Source of the DNA: Eledone cirrhosa
Lineage: Eukaryota
NCBI GenBank assembly: GCA_964016885.1
Contig: OZ024742.1
Coordinates: 313,038,001 to 313,102,000, forward strand
DNA length: 64,000 nt
Reading direction: 5' to 3'
A program made the position numbers and the translations under genes. This document shows positions 40,776 to 51,499 of the stretch, one piece after another (within the stretch, counting starts at the first letter, position 1; the number at the start of each line of letters is the position of its first letter). The notes beneath the pieces were generated by a model. It was not told the DNA's origin and made no database searches. It saw only the letters and a program-made list of their open reading frames with translations.

Positions 40776-41542
40776 GGGGGGGGGGTCCCTACATCTTATT
40801 TACACATTTTTTGGACATTCCAGCGTGATCTTGCCAAAGCCGTTTTTATGGCCACCGACTGTTACATGCTTTTCTAGGTTACAATCTCAAATAACAAGCA
40901 AAGCAAAAAAAAGGCCCTCTTCAGGGCTACCAAGTTTAAATTGTTACCATCGGATTCGTCTTTGCTGGCAGCACCGCCGCTGAGATATTTCAAAGTGAAC
41001 GTTAAAAGGTCCTCTCCAGGGCCTACACCTATAAATTGTTACTTCTATAGTCGTGTTTAACGGAAGTCTTTCGGTTCATTTGAACGACTACTCCATTGAG
41101 GGTTACCTCTGCTAGTCGTCTTATATAGGGAAAATGATAAAGATTTGAAAAAAAAGCACCTAATGTGTTTTTAGTTTATATATACATGTCATGTGTATAG
41201 TACAAAACGAAAAAAAAAATTTACATAAAAAAAGTATCTTTTGTACTGTTGTACCTACATATTACATGTATAGTAAACAATGAAAGAATTTTTTTACATC
41301 AAAAAGAATAGTTTTATTCTTCGTCACTTGTATAGTGCAAAACGGGAGGGGGGGGGGGGGGGGAATGTTGGCACTACAACGCTATTAGCTGTCAGTCGAA
41401 GCAGCCGATGAAAGCAAAACATCGTTTATTTCGTATTACTACCACGCGTAAGTGGAGTTACTTAAATGAAAATATAGATGGCCCTTAAAAGGGCCAAATT
41501 AGAATATACCGCTGCGTTTTTACAGTTTTACTAGTTACACAT

Positions 41543-41598
<56 letters not shown>

Positions 41599-41649
41599 TT
41601 TGATTACTTTGCTGTTGAAGTGTGTATACATTTTTTGGGACACTGTGTT

Positions 41650-41695
<46 letters not shown>

Positions 41696-42035
41696 GGGAA
41701 GGGAGAAATTTTTGGATGCTATACCTGACATTATAAAAAAACGAAAATACACCCCTAACATTTGTCGGAATATCAATCACGAGAGTAGATAAATAAATAT
41801 ATAAATACATAAATAAGAAATGATAGAAAAGGAAAAGAAAATCCCTACATTATGTAATATTCCCAGTCACCCCTACATTTCAAAACCGTGAGGAGAAAGT
41901 CCTAGGGTTAAAATCCCAAATGATGCTACGTCAAATACTAGTGTATCCCTTCGCATTACAGTTTAAAGCAATACATATGATCGCTTTGATGACTCTTATT
42001 CGTTTCTAATGGTCTCGTTTTTTTCTCTTCTTTCT

Positions 42036-42069
<34 letters not shown>

Positions 42070-42143
42070 AAAATCTTTCCCTCTCTGTCTATCTTTTGCC
42101 ATAAAAACGATAATGATAATCAATTCAATTAAGAAATATATAG

Positions 42144-42213
<70 letters not shown>

Positions 42214-42364
42214 AGTATTATTATTAAAATTAAATACCATTTATTCTGCGGCAGAGATCTTCATCTTCCCAGAATCGCAGTACTGGTCGTTATTGTATGT
42301 GTGTGTTTCTGCGTATATATATATATGTGTGTGGTGTACGTATATACGCATTCACATATTTAGA

Positions 42365-42498
42365 GGTAATATCACGTGAACACAATCACGTGACAAATCA
42401 CATTATTCTTTCAAAAGGAAATGTTTGGCGCCATTTTTCTCCAGGCAATAGCGCGTCAACAAACGCAAGAGAAAAGAAGAAGCAAAAGATAAAAATTG
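42365..42498 (+). promoter_or_regulatory. Candidate promoter and non-coding first exon
   Basis: CpG-containing island with two TCACGTGA E-boxes (42372, 42386), YY1-like CGCCATTTT (42429) and donor TTG|GTAAAT at 42499. Confidence 0.4.
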
Positions 42499-44067
42499 GT
42501 AAATAATATCAGTTTCCATTTATTAATATATTGTATATATATGTATGTATGTTCCATTTATTAATATATTGTATATATATATATATGTATGTATGTATAT
42601 ATATATAATGAGAATCTATGTTAATTTTAAATCTAACCACCCAACATAGTTAGTAATATTGGAAAAAGAATATCAAACCTATCATCTAATAAAAATATAT
42701 TTGATGCTAACGCCAATTACTATAATAATGCGCTTTCTAAAGCCGGTTATCCTGATAAAATCAAATACAGTAAAGAAACCAATCCTAGAATATCTTACAG
42801 TAAAATAATTAATTATGATCATTCCAATAACATAAATAAAAGACCTAGATACAAAAATATAATCTGGTATAATGCTCCTTTCTCTATTTCTATTAATAAT
42901 AATATTCCTAAATTATTCTTTAGTGCCTTAAATAAATGCTTCCCCCCTCCTCACATATCTATAGTAAAATATTTAACAAACATACAATAACATTTTCCTA
43001 TTCCACCTCCTCCAATATCTCCAACATTATCTCTATTAAATACTAAATCACTTCCTTCCAACACTGAATGTCATAATAATAGCAGTAGTACTCCCGACGT
43101 CATTGTTAACTCTAGGCTAGTTTCTGCAAACTCAAATACGACGTCAAACGTAACTTCGTCAAATGTTCTTAATACCAATCTAAATCAGGAAACTATTATT
43201 CCTATCGTAAATAACTTCTCCAATCCAATTCCTCTTATAGATAACACTAGGTCACTTGTTAATAACTCGGTTAATTTCTCTAATCGCAATTGTAATTGTC
43301 CTGTTAAAAATAAATGTCCCCTCAACAACCATTGTCTTGAAAAAAACTTAGTTGTTGAAGAATCTATGAAACTTAGATGTTGAAGAATATATGAAAGAAC
43401 TGCTTGATCCTTCTGACTCCCAAGTACAGATATTTCTAAATCATTTACTTAAAGAATGGAAGACACCTGTGATAAAACAACTTGTCAACTCTAAACAATC
43501 GACCAAACAAACCAGTGCCAGTAATTCTAATAATCGACAAAAAACTCAGACACTACCATCTCAACTTTCCAACAATACAGAACCTTCCAAAAATATACCC
43601 ATCTTTCTACCTTATTTCAATATTATTTATTATATATTATATAATACTAGTTACTCATTCTATATCATTCCTATTTATCACTTTCCTTTCTTCCTCTTTT
43701 CTTTTAATTTCTAACCTCTAATCTGTACTTTTTTCTTCCTAACTACTTCTCAATTCTTATTATTACTCACCACAACATATCCACTCTTCCATCTTTCTTC
43801 ATATCACTGACCATAAAAATTATTATTACCTTTTAAATACTTTATAGCATTACCTTTAAAAATCCTTCGTAAACAGAAACATTTTTTTGACGTTAGATTA
43901 TTCCTCCTCAGTTCATTATATTTTTCTCCCTTTCATGCTCGTCTGACTTTTACATATCACACATCACAATACATAAAACAAACTTAAACCCTAACTAATC
44001 TCCTTTATTACATTATATTATTACCATTAGAAAATACTTCATAAACATATATTTTGATGTTAGAGTC

Positions 44068-44238
44068 TGTTGTGCGTTCTAATATTGCAAAACTAAAGCT
44101 CCAATTCCAAGCTTTTATTTAATATCTAGAATATAAAAACAGTAATTAGTCTTGAAGAAATATAACAATAATATTTGTAAGAAAAGAAAGATATGCAATA
44201 AAACAAAGTTATATTGAGGATAGATGAACTTCATAACA
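44068..44238 (-). repeat. 3' LTR
   Basis: Differs from 47708-47878 at one position seen (44120 T vs 47760 C). Confidence 0.97.
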
Positions 44239-44251
44239 TTCTTCGCCGATT

Positions 44252-46260
44252 TTATTGTTTTTCAATATAGCGCTTGGGGGCTACGCGTATACGATTGCTT
44301 CGTCTCACGGAGTCAACAGTAACTTGCGGTCGGATGCTAGTGCTATTTGCCACGGGATTTAAATCAATCACGGTTTCATCTAAGAGTTGATCGTTACTGT
44401 GGTCGATGTTAAGTGGTTTCGGCATATCAGCAGGACTGCTCATCGAACTGTTTTCTTGGATGGATTGATTTTCATTATTTTGACAATTAATTGGGCCAGG
44501 GGAGAGGTCTGCTGTTGAGACTGTACTAGATCTTCCATTTTGATATCTGACAACCGCGAAATTAGCATTCACCATCTGTTCGATAATAACTTTATTCACT
44601 AATGGGTCGTTCTTTGTACGAATAAAGTTTCTAATATAGGTGTCGTTTCCAACTCTAAGCCAATCTGGTAGGGAAAATCCTAAGGAACCCTTTCGATCGA
44701 ATCTAAATATGCGGTTATGGGGTGTCTCATTAGTCGCTGTACAGAGAAGTGATCGTTGCGAGGCAAGAACTTCGGGTATGATATCTTCCCACTTAGTTTC
44801 TTTAAGTTTGCGCGAGTTAATTATGCATTGAATTCCTTTCCAGAGGACTCCGTTGTAGCGCTCGTTTTGGCCATTTCCTTGTGGATGGTACGGCGAAGTG
44901 CGCGTGTGGGATATACCATTGGACAAGCAGAAATGATCGAATTCTTTGGAGAGAAATTGAGTTCCTCGATCGGAGTGTATGAATGAGGGAGCTCCGAATA
45001 TTGAGAAGATTTGTTTGAGACAGTTAATGACAGTGTTTGAGGTGATGTCACGCATACCGAAAGCAAAAGGGAATCTGCTGAATTCGTCTACTGCAGTCAA
45101 TAAGTATATGTTTCCTGCTTTTGAAGATTTTGGTTTTGGTCCAACGATATCGATTGACAGACGTTCGAACGGCCTTGTTGACTTAATGAGTTTAGCAGAT
45201 GGAGGCTTGAAGAATTTTGGCTTGCACTCCAAACATGATACGCAGTTTTTGACGACGTCGCGGAAAAGGACAGGTTATGGCGTCGGATATAATCGTAAAA
45301 TCTAGTTACTCCTGGGTGTGCTAGTTGGTCGTGGAGTACTTTTAAATCACAGGGTGGCGATATAGCTGCAGTGATTCTTGAAAGACAATCGGCTTGGGTG
45401 TTGAGGTAGCCGGGTTTGTAGTCAATGTCAAATTGCTGCTCTGATAGTTCTAAACGCCAGCGAGATATTTTATCATTTTTGATTCGTGATTTATTACTCG
45501 AGAAAATGAAGGCTACTGATTTTTGGTCAGTCTGTATAATCGTATGAAAACACTTCACGTATTGCGACCATCTCCGTACAGCTTCAATAATAGCCATAAA
45601 TCTTCGAGTAATCGGCAATCCACCTAGCATTATAGGCTAGGAATCCAAGGAATCGTTTCAGTTGTTGTTTGTTTGTTTGTTGGGATAGGGTAGTCTAGTA
45701 GGGTTTTGATGCGTTCCTTATCGGGTTTCTTTACTCCGTTCTGAATGTTATAACCTAGAATAGATATACTCGTTTGGCAGATTTTACTCTTATCCGAGTT
45801 AAGAGTTAGGTTTTCTGTCTTCACGGCGTTTAAGAATGCTTCCACATTTCTATCATGTTCAGCTTTGGTATTTCCCGTGACTATGACTTTGTCAATATAG
45901 GCATAGGTTTTGAGTAAGTTATATTTCTCTATAACTTGATCCATAATTCTCTGAAAAACAGGTACAGCGTTAGTCACGCCGAAGGGTAAGCGGCAGAATT
46001 GGTAGAGTTTGTGATTAGCCTGAAATGCCGTTAGAGGTTTGTCGATTTTTCTGAAAGGTACTTGGTGATACGCTGATTTGAGGTCGAATTCTGAAAAATA
46101 TTTATCCTGTGTCACTTTGTTAACGACATCCTCAATGTCGGGGGATGGATAGGCATCCAATTGTGTATACTTATTAATTGTCTGGGAGTAGTCTACCACG
46201 AGTCGAGGTTTCTTTCCGTCTACTATGAAGCACTGAGCTCGCCAAGGTGAAATTGATTCC
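44252..46260 (-). pseudogene. Gypsy pol (RT, partial RNase H, integrase), frameshifted
   Basis: VDYSQTINK, FDLKSAYHQV, RLPFGVTNA, YAYIDK (YxDD altered), QTDQKS, LHDQLAHPG, SIDIVGP, IHSDRGTQF, GNGQNERYN; no chromodomain or env. Confidence 0.92.
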
Positions 46261-47595
46261 TCAATGACCGGCTTCTAGGAGGCGAGTTATTTCGGACTTA
46301 ATAAAATTGTCGTCTCTCTTGTTAATGAAACGTCCCTTAGTGGTAATCGGCTTGATATTTGTCTCGGCTAAATCGTGGAAGACAAGAGGCGGATTAACTT
46401 CTATTGTCGGAAAGGTACAGCATAGTTGATTTGAAAATTTCATGGGAGGCCGGGCACCGCCAAGGTGGAGAATAATAGAGCTATGCTGGGTGAGGACATC
46501 CATTCTGATAATGACGTCTGTGACAAGACTTTTTGCAGTGATTAGGTTCACAGAGTATTCCTCGCTGTAGATACATATCGGTATGGATGTAATACCAGTC
46601 GTCATTAATATTTTATTGTCGGCTAGTGTGATTGCCCGTTTTTCTTGTTTTACGCTCAAGTTTAATTCAGTTGCTATGCTATGATGTATAAACGAATCCG
46701 TGGAACCAGGATCGATTAAGGCCTTTAGTGTGGTATCTTTTATAGTTATCGGGCAGAGAATAGCTTTAGACTGTTTGCCGGTATTTAATGAACATATAAG
46801 TGAGGCTGCTTGCTTACTGCTTTGGCAGTCAGATTTACAGACTGATTGCCAGTGGCCGATCTTCCCACAAGAATAGCATATGTCTTTTCTAGCTGGGCAT
46901 TTATTTCTAGGATGCCTAGAAAGTCCACAAAAAAAGCATTTAAATTCACTTTGGGAATTAGCATTTTTCAAGTATTTCAGAAGAGGTTGTTTTGATTTTG
47001 TAGCTGCTACGGTAGGTTCTTGAGAGGATGTAGTTGACAGTGTTGATGAATTCAGAGAGACGTCTAGGTTGAATGATTTAGTAAAATCACTGGATAGTTC
47101 TATTGCATTTGCCATAGCTATGCAGTCTTTTAGGTTTGCTTGTGTATCGTCCAGCTCTAGGAGACGTGCTCATATAGCGTCTGATTGGACTCCTGCTACT
47201 AGTGAATCCAGGATCAACATATCTCTGTGGTCTTTAGCTGTGATGGCTTTACAGTTACATTTTTCCACTAAAAGGTTGAGTCTTTTAATAAACTCTCGGA
47301 CGGTTTCTTCTTGCTTTTGGCGGCATGTTAGGAGTTGATGTCTGGCATAGAGTATACGACTGGGGGCTAAGAATTGAGTATCCAGGGTGATTAGTGCTTC
47401 GTTGAAGTTTTCTGCAGATTCGAGTAAACTAAATAGGTCGGCCCCAGCTTGTGAACGAAGGTAGGTCAATTTATGGTTGTCCTCTACTATGCCGTTTATG
47501 AGTAGGGAATCCACAAAACACTTCCGCCACCATCGCCATTGCTCGGATGTGGGGTCATTTGGGAATGTTGGATGTGAAATTTTTAATTGAGTCAT
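46261..47595 (-). pseudogene. Gypsy gag-protease with one in-frame stop
   Basis: Two tandem zinc knuckles CFFCGLSRHPRNKC-PARKDI-CYSCGKIGHWQSVC (Mag-like), protease ALIDPGS (DTG altered), TGA at 47170-47172 between two in-frame ORFs. Confidence 0.9.
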
Positions 47596-47707
47596 TGGTA
47601 TTGAGAATGTAGCAAGCTTTGAAGGTAGAGTAAGGGTGGAAACGAATACCACAAAACGTCTAGTCTCGGAACGAAACAGTTGTAACAAATATCATATTGA
47701 ATAAAAT

Positions 47708-47878
47708 TGTTGTGCGTTCTAATATTGCAAAACTAAAGCTCCAATTCCAAGCTTTTATTCAATATCTAGAATATAAAAACAGTAATTAGTCTTGAAGAAA
47801 TATAACAATAATATTTGTAAGAAAAGAAAGATATGCAATAAAACAAAGTTATATTGAGGATAGATGAACTTCATAACA
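47708..47878 (-). repeat. 5' LTR
   Basis: TGTTATGAAG...GCACAACA on the minus strand, upstream of gag. Confidence 0.97.
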
Positions 47879-48073
47879 GAGTCTTCTCTTCCTTAAACAT
47901 TATTTTCTTCTTTGCTTTCTGCGCTCATTTGTAAATGAACAATAATAATTCTTAGGGGTATAAAAACCCTAGAAAATGCTATTTTCGTCATTTCTAAAAA
48001 TAGCAAAACAATTGATGCTTTGAATAGGGCCAAATAGAAGTCGTTACACATGCCCAACCAACCGTGATGCCTA

Positions 48074-48200
48074 AACCAATCAGCTTCAGTAATCCAGTGA
48101 AACTACACACCGATTGGTCGAAATACAGTTTGCAAAATTTAGCATTCTGTAGCCGCTTTCACTGTATATAAGGCACAAAATTTACCCATCTCATTACAGT
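48074..48200 (+). promoter_or_regulatory. Candidate Penelope pLTR promoter
   Basis: AACCAATCAG, reverse CCAAT (GATTGG), TATATAA near 48165 and TCATT about 25 bp later, just upstream of the hammerhead. Confidence 0.45.
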
Positions 48201-48234
48201 TGAAAATTGTAAACTTGACTGTCACCACAGAATA

Positions 48235-48273
48235 TGAACCTGAAGATTGCGAAAGCATGAAATTACTTGTTCA
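48235..48273 (+). ncRNA. Minimal type I hammerhead ribozyme (Penelope-associated)
   Basis: TGAAC-CTGAAGA-T-TGC-GAAA-GCA-T-GAAA-TTAC-TT-GTTCA: stem I TGAAC/GTTCA, GNRA-capped stem II, canonical core, 1-bp stem III. Confidence 0.75.
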
Positions 48274-48769
48274 ATTAACACTTAACACTTAATATTCTAC
48301 CATACTATTTCATTCTAATACCATTATAATTTTAAAGGATTATAAATAAAACGAGTAAATCCGACAAAGTTGGAATTCCTTTTATTAATATAATCTTCTA
48401 TACACAATCATACACACCCGCGTATATTTATTTATATATATATGTATATATATATATATAGCTTTTAAGCTATTTTGTAGTATCTCTGTTCAGGAACACA
48501 CCACTTATATTAAATTTATCTCCTTAGAGCTTTGTAAAAGTCTGAGAGATTGGCTACATATATGTTTTATATATATATATTTTTTTTGTTTAGATGGAAG
48601 ACAAAACAAAGAAGATGAATACAAAGATGAAGAAGATAAAGATAAAGATGAAGAACCTCACTGCACCGCACTGCACAACACCGCACTGCACAACACCACA
48701 CTGCACCACACCGCACTGCACAACACCACACTGCACCACACCACAGTACTCCACACCACATAACACCCA

Positions 48770-49825
48770 AAATTTTTTCCTCATCTTTTTTTCATGTGTT
48801 ATCAACTAATCCGAACTCCAAGATGTTTGTTATTGACTCTCTCTTCATGGAAAACTTAGGTGGATGCACTTCTCTCATTTAACCCCAGAGTTTTTTCTAA
48901 GATTTTTCGTATGTTATCAACGAATATGACCTCCAAACCAGTTGGAAATGATTAGTTGTTCTAGGAAAAATGAGGGGGTAAAGCAGGGGGAAAAACCATT
49001 GTCGTTTTGTAGATATATACCCTAATGATTTTTCTTCGGTCTCCTTTTGAGTGCTATCAACTAATCTGACCTTTTAGTTGCTCTGAATCAATTTTTTTTT
49101 TCTGGGATTTGGAAACTAAAACTAAATTAAACATAAAATTAAATCTAGCCCCAACTCTAAATCTAAACCAAACCAAGCTAAATCTAAATATAAACATTAC
49201 CCCAACCCTTAAACTAAACCCTAAACTATACCCCAACCATAAAACTAAACCCTAAACTTAACCCTAAACCTAAAACTAAACCCTAAACTTTACCCCAACC
49301 CTAAAACTAGACCCTAAACATTACCCAAACCCTAAAACTAAACCCTAAACTTTACCCCAACCCTAAAACTAAACCCTAAACCCTAAACCTAACCCAGGGA
49401 AATAAGTTGATTGGAAGCATCTAGGAGGTCAAATTAATTAATAGCACGGGAAATAGCACAGGAAATAGCATAGGAAATAGCATAGGAAATAGCATAGGAA
49501 ATAGCACAGGAAATTAATAGCACAGGAAATATACCGAAAATGATTAAGACCCACAACATGTGAGTGGGGTGTAGATCTGCAAAACTCTTCCTCTCTCCCT
49601 CTCCTCTTTCTCCAAAGCTAGTTGTTTTTGACTGGTTTGGAAGTCATATTCACTGATAACGCATGAAAATAGAATCAAAGAGAAAATTCCGAGTAAGCAG
49701 GGGTTATCCTGGTGAAGGGGGAACCACCTCACCCCGCCGTTTTCCTGGGGGGAAAAAGTCAGTTTCAAGCATCTTGGAGATTGGATTAGTTGATAGCACA
49801 TGAAAAATAGGATAAAAAAATTTCA
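48770..49825. mobile_element. Foldback/MITE-like unit containing telomere-like repeats
   Basis: TTTTTCATGTGTTATCAACTAATCC...CTCCAAGATG at ~48788 is inverted at ~49770-49810; flanked by (CACAC/CACAT)n tracts. Confidence 0.5.
49195..49395. repeat. Degenerate CCCTAA-rich ~30-bp tandem repeat
   Basis: ACCCCAACCCTAAAACTAAACCCTAAACTTT units; followed by 12-bp GGAAATAGCAYA repeat at 49449-49512. Confidence 0.8.
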
Positions 49826-50144
49826 CATCACATCACACCACATCAAATCACTCCGCACGCCATCACATCACACCACACCACATCACATCACATCACACCA
49901 CACCACACCACATCATGCCACATCACATCACATGCCATCACACCACATGCTACCACACTACATTCCACCACACTCCACTACACCATATCCCCCACCCTAC
50001 ATTGAACCACACTCCACTCCACCACACTCCACTACACCACACCAATGTCCACTACACTAAACCACACTACACTACACCACACCACACTACACCACACCAC
50101 ACCACACCACACCACTGTCTATTCGACTGTTTTCTATTTCGTAG

Positions 50145-50192
50145 GTATGTCCAGTTACTGTAAGAGAAAGAGAGTTATTTCAAAGGATCTGA
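50145..50192 (+). CDS. Candidate ATG-bearing exon (MSSYCKRKRVISKDL, phase 1)
   Basis: Acceptor TTTTCTATTTCGTAG, ATG at 50147, donor GA|GTAAGT; phase matches AG|ATGG exons at 50585 and 50981. Confidence 0.45.
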   Translation, partial: VCPVTVRERELFQRI

Positions 50193-50994
50193 GTAAGTAA
50201 ACACTTCATTGACCATCATTTTAAGCAGAATCTCAGTGTAGTTTTAAATTGACCTTTTCATATGATTACACCTCAGTCTTAACTTAATCACCTGTAGATG
50301 GATGCTACATGTAATGTTAAACACTGTTTCCCCCTTCTCATCACATGTGGATGCTACATGTGTATTGTTAACATTAATCTAACGTTGTGTGTCCCCCCCC
50401 CCGCCTCACCATATCATACCACACCACATCACACCATGCTATACCATATATATATATATATATACCATATATATATATATATATATGAGCACCCCACTCG
50501 TTATATTAACTGTATCTCCTCGGTGTTTCTTGAAAGTCTGAGAGATCAGCTATATATTTGTTTACAATTTTTTTTTATATTTAGATGGAAAAGAAGAAAA
50601 AGACGACGAAGCAGACAACTAAAATGAAAATGACAAGACAAAGAAGACACGGGAACCGAAGATGACGAAAAGAAGAAGAAAGTATGATCTCAGTTCAGTC
50701 TAAACCTAATGATTTATAGATATGATCTTAGTTCAGTCTTAACCTAATGACCTGTAGATACGATCTATTTAGGTTTAACTTAAACATTCAAAGATATTTC
50801 TATATACTTTTGTTGATGTTTGACATTGTTTTTTAGTTATGAAATAGCTTATAAGCTACATTATAGGATCACAGTGCATGAGCACACTGCTCTTTAAATT
50901 AACTTTATCTCCTCAGCACTTTGTAAAGTCTGAGAGATAGGCAACATATATGTTTTACATTCTTTGTTTTTGGTATTTAGATGGCAGAGGAGAA

Positions 50995-51174
50995 GTTAAA
51001 GGCACAGAAGAAGTCAAAGGCACAGAAGTAGTCAAAGGCACAGAAGTAGTCAAAGGCACAGAAGCAGTCAAAGGCACAGAAGCAGTCAAAGGCACAGAAG
51101 CAGTCAAAGGCACAGAAGCAGTCAAAGGCACAGAAGCAGTCAAAGGCACAGAAGCAGTCAATGGCACAGAAGAA
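50995..51174 (+). repeat. 18-bp minisatellite, 10 copies (VKGTEA frame)
   Basis: GTCAAAGGCACAGAAGCA units just after acceptor GTATTTAG at 50980. Confidence 0.95.
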
Positions 51175-51499
51175 GACAAAAAAAATGAACAAGAAGAACA
51201 ATTATTATTACTATTATTATTGTTATTATTATTTGTATTATTATAATCAAACTAAGCCACACTACATCAACCTATACCATACCACACCACACTGACAAAC
51301 ATTATACTATACCACATTATCCAACACCACACTACGAAACACTGTACGACCTCACATCAGACCATGCTATGAAATAATATACCATACTACACTATACAAC
51401 AATAGACAACACCACACAAGACTATGAAACACTATACTTTACCACACTATATCACACCACTCAAGTTAGAGAGGATCAACTTTTTTCCTGGAAAGTAGA

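Larger units (their letters stand above)
37220..41534 (+). mobile_element. Internally deleted Helitron
   Basis: A|TC(TC)n(TA)nAAACTGAG 5' end, CTAG|T at 41531-41535, RepHel remnants inside; alternative 3' end CTCTGCTAG|T near 41115; terminal hairpin decayed. Confidence 0.7.
44068..47878 (-). mobile_element. Complete Ty3/Gypsy (Mag-like) LTR retrotransposon, 3811 bp
   Basis: 171-bp TG...CA LTRs, 5-bp TSD GAGTC (44063-44067, 47879-47883), gag-PR-RT-RH-IN order, purine-rich GGCGAAGAA before the 3' LTR. Confidence 0.97.
42608..48420 (+). mobile_element. 5'-truncated Penelope-like element, interrupted by the Gypsy insertion
   Basis: SNHP..NIGKRISNLSSNKNIFDANANYYNNALSKAGY, IIWYNAPFS, KCFPPPH, CNCPVKNKCPLNNHCLEKNLV (RT C-terminus and GIY-YIG linker) at 42610-43350; pLTR-like end with hammerhead at 48235. 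Confidence 0.75.

Noticed and set aside
40312-40983. Host PIF1 helicase gene
   Set aside because: C-terminal fragment only, inside Helitron termini, and the ORF runs into unrelated sequence after the G run at 40775
49195-49395. True telomere or interstitial telomeric array
   Set aside because: No run of perfect TTAGGG; ~30-bp higher unit embedded in another repeat
50995-51174. Regular short repeats as a CRISPR array (also 855-1320 and 39667-40160)
   Set aside because: Head-to-tail units with no unique spacers, no cas genes, eukaryotic context
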